DNA of 7,516 bases from Candidatus Wukongarchaeum yapensis (GCA_016840425.1 JAEOSI010000109.1:1-7516), one strand, 5' to 3'; positions 1-6,594 are shown, counted from the first letter of the stretch. A program made the numbers and translations. The notes: a model not told the origin generated them from the letters alone.

Positions 1-138
1 ATGAATATGAAAACCTACACCAATGGTCATCCGCGTATCTTCAAAGAATACCCCGCTTAAATATCTCTGGGTTAATGTGGTTTTTCCTACTCCTCCATCT
101 CCGGCAAGTACTACCTTGTAAATAAAAGCACTACCCAT
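1..138 (-). CDS. Ras-superfamily (Rab-like) small GTPase, N-terminal 46 aa; runs off the window start
   Basis: Hand translation from ATG at 138: MGSAFIYKVVLAGDGGVGKTTLTQRYLSGVFFEDTRMTIGVGFHIH. It has a beta1 strand YKVVL, G1/P-loop GDGGVGKT and a switch I/G2 motif TIGVGF (cf. Rab TIGVDF). RBS-like AAGGTGGA lies 6 nt upstream. Confidence 0.92.
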   Translation of the reverse strand, partial: MGSAFIYKVVLAGDGGVGKTTLTQRYLSGVFFEDTRMTIGVGFHIH

Positions 139-144
139 AAAAAA

Positions 145-152
145 TCCACCTT
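145..152 (-). promoter_or_regulatory. Shine-Dalgarno-like site for the small GTPase
   Basis: Minus strand reads AAGGTGGA-TTTTTT-ATG(138); GGTG is an archaeal-type SD core. Confidence 0.55.
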
Positions 153-396
153 AAAATCTTGGACTTGGAAAACTTACTATTCATTTTTCCCGTCCTGAAA
201 TCCTAAAAATTTCGAGGTAAAAAGGTCAAATAAAAGATTAAGGCGGGGTTACGTTTAAAAGAACATATTATAAATTTAGTTTAGAGAATATTAATACTTG
301 TTGTTCCTTTAAGTAAGTAGTTTTCGTTTTATCTCCTTTGGCAGCCTTTAATTTAAAAAACACCCTCTCAAGTGTTCACATTGATACTTCTTTTTA

Positions 397-403
397 AAGG
401 AGG
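397..403 (+). promoter_or_regulatory. Shine-Dalgarno site for the small CxxC protein
   Basis: AAGGAGG ends 6 nt before TTG(410) and 9 nt before ATG(413). Confidence 0.7.
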
Positions 404-409
404 AAAAGT

Positions 410-670
410 TTGATGACGATACACAAAATAAAGTTGCCATGTCTCACTTGTAAAGCTGAAGCAAGTTTCATTTTTGACGATGACGATCCAAATATCAAAG
501 ACAAGCAAATGTTTATGCTAGCTACCCTTCACGGCAATCCTCCTCGCGTCCTTATCGCAACCTTTGATAAAAGATTTAAAGTTCGCAGAACTAAATGCCT
601 CCCCCTTCAAATACATGAAGAAAAAGAAGATACAAAGGAAAAAAGACAAAAACCCCTAAAAAAAGCATAA
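410..670 (+). CDS. Small hypothetical protein with N-terminal CxxC and HGNPP motif (possible metal-binding domain); true start may be ATG at 413
   Basis: 86-aa ORF with a strong AAGGAGG RBS; C11-L-T-C14, H41 in HGNPP, beta-strand-like VLIATFD and a charged C-terminal tail. Divergent from the GTPase gene. Confidence 0.7.
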   Translation: MMTIHKIKLPCLTCKAEASFIFDDDDPNIKDKQMFMLATLHGNPPRVLIATFDKRFKVRRTKCLPLQIHEEKEDTKEKRQKPLKKA

Positions 671-833
671 AAATAATCTTTTACCTAATAAAAAACCCCC
701 TTCATCGGTAAAGAATTAGTTTATTTCAAGCTAAATAGCATGTTTCCTTCAAAACAAAAGAGAGTATCCCCCCCTATTTAATAACCCCTCATATTCTAAA
801 AAGATCTGACTCCTATTTACTTTTTCTAGTATG

Positions 834-875
834 TTTAAATAATTGATTTGACCGTTATTATCTCTCAAGAAGGAA
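834..875 (+). promoter_or_regulatory. Putative TATA box (TTTAAATA, 834-841) and RBS-like AAGGA (870-874) for uvrB
   Basis: TATA-like octamer about 40 nt upstream of ATG(881). Spacing fits an archaeal promoter with a short leader, but the region is AT-rich. Confidence 0.35.
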
Positions 876-880
876 TATAA

Positions 881-2959
881 ATGCAAGAATATAAGAAGAA
901 ACTGGATGAAAACTTCAGGCTTATTTCACGTTTTAAACCAAAAGGCGACCAACCGCAAGCCATCAAAAAGCTAGTAGATGGAACCAAAAAAGGGCTTAGA
1001 AAACAAGTTTTATTAGGAGTTACAGGTTCTGGCAAAACCTTCACCATAGCAAAAGTTATAGAAGCCCTCCAAAAACCCACTTTGGTGATCAGCCATAACA
1101 AAACCTTGGCCGCCCAACTCTGCAGCGAATTTAAATCATTCTTCCCAGAAAACGCTGCTGAATTCTTTGTATCTTATTTTGACTATTTCCAGCCAGAAGC
1201 CTATGTACCTACTCGCGACCTCTACATTGACAAAGAAGTTGACATCAACATCGAGCTCGAAAAGTTACGATACGCAACAACCGCCTCCCTAATGTCTAGG
1301 TATGATGTTATTGTGGTTTCAAGCGTTTCCTGTATTTATGGTATCGGTTCCTCTGAAACCTATAAAGAAATCGTGTTAAATATCAAAAAAGGAGATTTAA
1401 TTGACCGGGATACGATCCTTGATAATCTTGTGGAAATGCAATACTCACGAAACGATTATGCATTCAGTAGCAGAAACTTTCGTGTAAGGGGTGACACTAT
1501 AGATATATGGCCTTCTTACCAAGATACTGCTTTTAGGATAGAACTGTTTGGGGATGAAGTTGAGCGGATAGTCGAATTTGACGCCCTTAAAGGGAAAACC
1601 TTAAAGGAACTTACCAGTCTCACAGTATATCCTGCAAAACATCATATACCCCCCCATGTGAAAATTGAGGAAATAGTAGAAGAAATTAAAAAAGAGTTGG
1701 AGGAAAGGCTGCCGTTCTTTGAAAAAAAAGGAAAACTTGTTGAAGCTCAAAGGTTAAGGGAAAGAGTAGGATATGACATAGAGATGCTATTAGAAACGGG
1801 TTACTGTTCAGGAATAGAGAACTATTCTCGGTACTTGGACGGAAGAAAGCTCGGAGAAAAGCCTTACACACTCCTTGACTATTTTCCCGAAGACTTTTTG
1901 ATGATTATTGACGAGTCTCACCAAACCCTGCCTCAACTTAGAGGGATGTGGGGAGGTAACTACTCCCGAAAGAAGAATTTAGTAGATTATGGTTTTCGTT
2001 TACCTTCAGCCTTTGACAACCGTCCTTTAAATTTTGAAGAGTTTGAAGAGTATATGAATAAAGCTTTTGTGATCTTTGTTTCAGCGACACCTGCTTCTTA
2101 TGAGTTAGGCAATAGTGAACAAGTAGTCGAACAAATAATTAGGCCTACAGGTTTGGTAGATCCTGAAGTCTTGATTAGGCCTGTTGAGAATCAAATTGAT
2201 AACTTAATTAAGGAGATCAATGACGTGGTTTCTCGGAATGAAAGGGCTCTTGTTACGACGTTAACGAAACGCATGGCAGAAGATCTTGCAGAATATTTGC
2301 TTGATATCGGTGTAAAAGCTCAGTATTTGCATTCTGAAATAACTGCTCTTGACAGAATTCAGATTTTAAGAGAGTTACGGGAAGGCAAAATAGAGGCTGT
2401 TGTGGGTATTAACTTATTGAGAGAAGGATTGGATTTGCCTGAAGTTTCGTTGGTAGCCATTCTTGATGCAGATAAAGAGGGCTTTTTAAGGTCTGAAACC
2501 TCTCTAATTCAGATCATGGGTCGTGCGGCTAGAAACGTGAATGGACACGTTATTTTGTATGCTGATGAGATGACCAAAAGTATGAACTGGGCTATAAAGG
2601 AGTCAAACAGGCGTAGAAAACTTCAACTTGAATATAATGAGAAGCATGGAATAGTTCCTAAAACCGTTGAAAAAGAGGTCAAAGATCTCCTTGAGGTAGT
2701 TGAAAGTTTCAAAGTTGCTGAAAAGGTCGATGTTTCCCCTGCGCGAAAAGGTATTGGTTTAGATGTTTCGGTACAATATCTTTTAGTAGAAGCTTTTGGG
2801 GAATCTGAGGGAAGTTTGGAAGATGAGGCGGAGTTATCGCTTTTAATTGTTAAGCTTGAAGAAGCGATGAAATTGGCGGCTCAAAACCTTGAATTTGAAA
2901 AAGCAGCTTTAATTCGAGATAAAATAAAAGAGCTTAAAGAGGACCTTAATAATCTTTGA
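881..2959 (+). CDS. uvrB: Excinuclease ABC subunit B (UvrB)
   Basis: 692 aa. Motifs: PKGDQPQAI, Walker A GVTGSGKT, HNKTLAAQL, beta-hairpin SYFDYFQPEAYVP, CSGIENYSR, DESH, GFRLPSAFDNRPL, VSATP, GINLLREGLDLPEVSLVAILDADKEGFLRS, GRAARN and C-terminal UVR coil LEFEKAALIRD. Confidence 0.99.
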   Translation: MQEYKKKLDENFRLISRFKPKGDQPQAIKKLVDGTKKGLRKQVLLGVTGSGKTFTIAKVIEALQKPTLVISHNKTLAAQLCSEFKSFFPENAAEFFVSYFDYFQPEAYVPTRDLYIDKEVDINIELEKLRYATTASLMSRYDVIVVSSVSCIYGIGSSETYKEIVLNIKKGDLIDRDTILDNLVEMQYSRNDYAFSSRNFRVRGDTIDIWPSYQDTAFRIELFGDEVERIVEFDALKGKTLKELTSLTVYPAKHHIPPHVKIEEIVEEIKKELEERLPFFEKKGKLVEAQRLRERVGYDIEMLLETGYCSGIENYSRYLDGRKLGEKPYTLLDYFPEDFLMIIDESHQTLPQLRGMWGGNYSRKKNLVDYGFRLPSAFDNRPLNFEEFEEYMNKAFVIFVSATPASYELGNSEQVVEQIIRPTGLVDPEVLIRPVENQIDNLIKEINDVVSRNERALVTTLTKRMAEDLAEYLLDIGVKAQYLHSEITALDRIQILRELREGKIEAVVGINLLREGLDLPEVSLVAILDADKEGFLRSETSLIQIMGRAARNVNGHVILYADEMTKSMNWAIKESNRRRKLQLEYNEKHGIVPKTVEKEVKDLLEVVESFKVAEKVDVSPARKGIGLDVSVQYLLVEAFGESEGSLEDEAELSLLIVKLEEAMKLAAQNLEFEKAALIRDKIKELKEDLNNL

Positions 2960-3032
2960 TAAAAAGACGATATTCTCAGTTTTTCCCTTTCTCATTCCTT
3001 TATATTGCATAATATAGTTTTTGATAGCGGTA

Positions 3033-3071
3033 TTTTTTGAATAACGTTTTTTCGTACTTTTTTTATTTTTT
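3033..3071 (+). terminator. Oligo-T tract, probable archaeal terminator of uvrB
   Basis: Several T runs (TTTTTT, TTTTTT, TTTTTTT-A-TTTTTT) 75-110 nt after the uvrB stop. Confidence 0.5.
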
Positions 3072-3114
3072 AAACCCGCTGTCTTCAAAGATATAAACTC
3101 TACAAGACATTATC

Positions 3115-3152
3115 TGCATGGGTTAGTGGGCATTAGGCATTTAACCCATTCA
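3115..3152. repeat. Inverted repeat upstream of nurA (possible hairpin or operator)
   Basis: ATGGGTTA (3118-3125) pairs perfectly with TAACCCAT (3142-3149); the stem extends by TG/CA past one mismatch; 16-nt spacer. Confidence 0.5.
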
Positions 3153-3153
3153 A

Positions 3154-4380
3154 ATGCAAAAAAATATCGAGGTAGGCTTTCTAATGGCAATAATAACTGA
3201 AATAAATGGTCAACAATTTTTCAACCAGGTTAAGCTGGATCGGTTTGCAGGAAAAAGCGTCTTTCCTGAAGTTTATCTAACCTTAAACAACTCTCTAGAA
3301 ATGGAAACAAATTCTATTCTAGAAGAACTGAAATCTATGCCAGCCCTTCCCATTGAAAATATTTTAGAAGATATTCCAGAAACGTGTGAAATCAAGGAAG
3401 AATCCTTTATTGTAGGCGTGGATGCAGGTTCTAATGGAGCTCCTCTTGAAGGTTTTTATTTCGGAGCAACTACGGGTATTGCTTACCTTTCTCAAATCTC
3501 TAAAAGAGATGGAAGTATCGCCATTCTTTCCTCAGGAAAACCTCTGAGCAGGGGCGGGACGTTTAGATGCAGTGATTGCGATCGCCCGAGAAGACACCTG
3601 TCTCTAGTAGAATTTGCTTACCTATACTCTACAGCCCTTGAGGCAATAATAAGAATAGATCCTCAAATCTTATTTATTGATGGAGGGCTCCTATTAAACC
3701 CATTATTTTTACCCTCAAGAGAAGAAGCTTCTTCTGAAAAAGAAGAACTATTTCTTGAAGATATTGATTTAGACCTTGTAGAACAGGCACTTATTAAAAA
3801 GAAGAGAGACTATTATATAGACTTTCTTTGCACGGTTTATTTCGCTTTAGAACTTTTTAGGGAGTGTGAACGGAGAAAGATCCCAATAATCGGCATCATT
3901 AAACGTCCCAGAGGGTTCTCATTTTTCAGCAATCATTTTCCAGACTCGGTAGTTTTAGAAAAGGCAGGAATGCCCCTTGGAACAAAAACTAAGCCAAAGT
4001 TTGTTGGTTCCCATCCCGTAACCTCAAAATATGATGTTTTGTGGGAAAAATTTTACGGGAAAAAGCCTAGTATAAGATTTAACGACAAAGAGAAAGGGTA
4101 TCTTAAAGAGTTTTATTTAAAGACAGTGGTTGGTAGAGAACCCATTCGAGTACAAATACCTTACTGGGTGGATGATAAACAGGCTGCAACTTTAACTTTC
4201 GCCTTTTCTGACAGTTATGAAGGCGTTCCTGTACCGATCTTAAAAGCTGATGCTCTCACTTGTGTTTCAGACCAATTACTCCACAATTTACACACAAAAC
4301 TCTACCTAAAACTTAGCATTCTCGCAAAATTAGAGGGGTTAAAGCCGTGCGAAACTGGGCTTATCAGGCTTAAAAGATAG
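3154..4380 (+). CDS. nurA: NurA-family 5'-3' nuclease (RNase H-like fold); probable true start ATG at 3184
   Basis: NurA-type motifs: IVGVDAGS (D90), LVE (E153), LFIDGGL (D176), IIGIIKR and C-terminal GVPVPILKAD (D366), numbered from 3154. Lies 3 nt upstream of a HerA gene. GAGGT RBS at 3169-3173 precedes ATG 3184. Confidence 0.88.
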   Translation: MQKNIEVGFLMAIITEINGQQFFNQVKLDRFAGKSVFPEVYLTLNNSLEMETNSILEELKSMPALPIENILEDIPETCEIKEESFIVGVDAGSNGAPLEGFYFGATTGIAYLSQISKRDGSIAILSSGKPLSRGGTFRCSDCDRPRRHLSLVEFAYLYSTALEAIIRIDPQILFIDGGLLLNPLFLPSREEASSEKEELFLEDIDLDLVEQALIKKKRDYYIDFLCTVYFALELFRECERRKIPIIGIIKRPRGFSFFSNHFPDSVVLEKAGMPLGTKTKPKFVGSHPVTSKYDVLWEKFYGKKPSIRFNDKEKGYLKEFYLKTVVGREPIRVQIPYWVDDKQAATLTFAFSDSYEGVPVPILKADALTCVSDQLLHNLHTKLYLKLSILAKLEGLKPCETGLIRLKR

Positions 4381-4383
4381 AAA

Positions 4384-6102
4384 ATGGCGGGTTTTCAAAT
4401 GGAAACAGGAACTATAAAAATAAAAGGCAAAAAAAAGGCTTTTTCCAAAAGCGTAATTTCCAACATAATGATAGAGGAGGAAGAAGTAAAAGAGGTTGTA
4501 GGATACGTTCTCTCCGACTCTTGTACTGAAACTTTCAACTTTGTTGTCATGGAAGAAAAACGTGTTTCAAAAAACCAATATGTTGTAGTACCACATCCCC
4601 ATGAACGTAACGCTGATGGAAAACCCGTCATGGTCCTTTGCAGGGTTTTAAACGGCAGATACATCAACCCCGAAACAGAAGACGGGGGATATGTAACTCT
4701 TCTTCTCTCAAAAACAGGCATGATGTTTGGAGGAAGAGAACAAGAAATCTTAGTATTTGAATGCCAACTATTAGGATATATACACTCCTCAGACTCCTAT
4801 TCTGAATTCAGACCTGTTTCAGACCCCATACCCACCCTATACCCTGTGTTCGAAGTCGATGAAAAATTCATCAGCAAGTTTTTCAACTTCAAACAACAAC
4901 AAGAAGATGCTGGTCGATTAATAGTTGGGAAAGATGCTCATGCAAATCAAGATATATTCTTAGAAATGAATAACTTGATTAAAGGTCATTTACTCATCAC
5001 GGGGATGACTAGGAGTGGGAAAAGCACTTTTGCCTTAAACCTCATCTTTTCAGGGGTTACAAGCAACCCCCCTATGCGTTTCATAGTTTATGATCGGAAC
5101 AACGAATACATAGGTCTCAAAAAACTAATTCCAGAAGACAAAATAGTCATAATAGATTACCGCCATTTCCTCGATTTTCGCTCTCTTACTGATGAAAATC
5201 TATGCTCAATGCTTGGCTTACCATTAAAACTAAAATGGAGCCAAATAATAACAGAAGCCATCTTTCAGCTTTTTGAGAAACGACTAAAAGATCCTAATAG
5301 GGGATCTAATTGCGATGAATGCAATAAGACTAAAGAAGGAAGTTGTAAAGCAAAAATAGGATGGCTATGCCCTAAGGAACTGCTAGAAATCATTTCAACT
5401 TATCGTACTCCAAGTTCTAACTCCAAAGAAATTGCCCGAAACCATGTCCGCCGAGCAAGATTCCAAAGAAGACTAAAACTTTTAAAATTTTTTGACCCCA
5501 AGCGGGAAAACATAATAGAACTCATAAAAAAACACTTAGTAGTAATAGTAAACCTAAGCACAAATAATAACATCATGCTGCAACAAATGGCAGTGGCTCA
5601 AATAGTGAAAGATGTTTCAAGACACGCTTTAAAAACTTCAGGTCATGATATATGTTGCATGCACCTTTTAGAAGAAGCTCAATTCTACGTGGCCGAAAAA
5701 AACGCGCCAAGTTATGGGGATAACCGAGGGACAAACGTTTATAACACGATAGCTAGCGGTCTTTCACAAATGGGCGGTTACAATGTCGGCTTCATCTTGA
5801 TAACTCAAAGACCCGCTTATGTATCAAAGGCAGCTATAAGTCAATGTAATACGGTCGCAGTCTTCCGACTTAGAACCAAGGCAGATCATGATCAGCTTGA
5901 AAACTCATCCGAATACATCACTAGCGCCTTAAAACAAACAATATCAAGTCTACGTGATAATGAATTTATGCTATCTGGCACCGCTTCCCCCCTACCTTTC
6001 CCCGTAATCGTTAAAGCTAATGTTTTCGTAAGACCGATGAAGGCTACATTAGCCCCCACACAAGTGCTCCAAAATTTGTATAAAAAAGAAAAAGATAGTT
6101 AG
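4384..6102 (+). CDS. herA: HerA/FtsK-superfamily ATPase (HAS barrel plus RecA-like domain), divergent variant
   Basis: N-terminal HAS-barrel-like segment (VVGYV...FNFVV...QYVVV...MVLCRV), HLLITGMTRSGKS Walker A, FIVYDRNNEY, Walker B LLEEAQ, VGFILITQRPAYVSKAAISQCNT and C-terminal GTASPLPFPV; in an operon with nurA. Confidence 0.9.
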   Translation: MAGFQMETGTIKIKGKKKAFSKSVISNIMIEEEEVKEVVGYVLSDSCTETFNFVVMEEKRVSKNQYVVVPHPHERNADGKPVMVLCRVLNGRYINPETEDGGYVTLLLSKTGMMFGGREQEILVFECQLLGYIHSSDSYSEFRPVSDPIPTLYPVFEVDEKFISKFFNFKQQQEDAGRLIVGKDAHANQDIFLEMNNLIKGHLLITGMTRSGKSTFALNLIFSGVTSNPPMRFIVYDRNNEYIGLKKLIPEDKIVIIDYRHFLDFRSLTDENLCSMLGLPLKLKWSQIITEAIFQLFEKRLKDPNRGSNCDECNKTKEGSCKAKIGWLCPKELLEIISTYRTPSSNSKEIARNHVRRARFQRRLKLLKFFDPKRENIIELIKKHLVVIVNLSTNNNIMLQQMAVAQIVKDVSRHALKTSGHDICCMHLLEEAQFYVAEKNAPSYGDNRGTNVYNTIASGLSQMGGYNVGFILITQRPAYVSKAAISQCNTVAVFRLRTKADHDQLENSSEYITSALKQTISSLRDNEFMLSGTASPLPFPVIVKANVFVRPMKATLAPTQVLQNLYKKEKDS

Positions 6103-6130
6103 TTTTTTAAAATGAAAAGCGATTTTTTAG
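6103..6130. terminator. Convergent oligo-T termination region between herA and the 116-aa gene
   Basis: TTTTTT immediately after the herA stop and another at 6124-6129 on +. The minus strand reads CTTTTCATTTT across 6109-6119. Confidence 0.45.
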
Positions 6131-6152
6131 AGCCTTTATTTTTATTTCTTCT

Positions 6153-6503
6153 CTATATTTCTACAATTTTTGTTTTTGAAATCCTTTTTCTCTCTTTTAT
6201 TGGGTATAATTTTGAAATAGTTTCTGCTAGTTCTTCTAACTTTTCGTTGTTTAACATTTTTTGAAACTCTAAAAGCTCATTAAAGCTCTTTATGTAAAGC
6301 CCCCGTCTTTTCGTAGGAGTTCCGTTCTCATCTACGGGATTAAGCTCGATAAGGACAGTTGGTCCTTTATCCCCCCTGCCCGGAACTTTAACCAAGAAAA
6401 TGCCTTTTATCGATGTAGGAATTTTTTCCCAATCGTGGGATTCTTTTACAACCTGCTTAATTTTCTCTTCTAATTCTTTATCTTTTTCTTCTTCTATTGC
6501 CAT
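6153..6503 (-). CDS. Small archaeal protein, probable PC4-like (beta-sheet plus helix) nucleic-acid-binding fold
   Basis: 116 aa with GGTG RBS at 6511-6514. The segment VLIELNPVDENGTPTKRRGLYIKSFNELLEFQKML aligns by eye with the PC4/Sub1 core ([33 protein letters not shown]). The CDS is well supported; the fold call is inference. Confidence 0.7.
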   Translation of the reverse strand: MAIEEEKDKELEEKIKQVVKESHDWEKIPTSIKGIFLVKVPGRGDKGPTVLIELNPVDENGTPTKRRGLYIKSFNELLEFQKMLNNEKLEELAETISKLYPIKERKRISKTKIVEI

Positions 6504-6594
6504 AGATACACACCAACATCTAATCTCAAATGTCAGAATAAAAATTTATTATCAAAAAATTTTGTTATAAAGTAGTGTTTATTAAAGTTTAGCC

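Noticed and set aside
49-251. Near-inverted match between TACCCCGCTTAA (49-60) and TTAAGGCGGGGTTA (238-251)
   Set aside because: Short, needs indels, and one arm lies in GTPase coding sequence; consistent with chance.
865-1101. 78-aa minus-strand ORF
   Set aside because: Almost entirely antisense to the conserved 5' end of uvrB, with no motifs; a shadow ORF.
1686-1871. 61-aa minus-strand ORF
   Set aside because: Antisense within uvrB; its Phe/Leu-rich composition mirrors Lys/Glu codons on the sense strand.
3154-3183. ATG 3154 as the nurA start
   Set aside because: No RBS and directly abuts the inverted repeat; GAGGT at 3169-3173 favours ATG 3184, though 3154 cannot be excluded.
4395-4721. 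108-aa minus-strand ORF
   Set aside because: Antisense to the herA HAS barrel; its Ser/Thr/Phe-rich runs are the complement of Glu/Lys codons.
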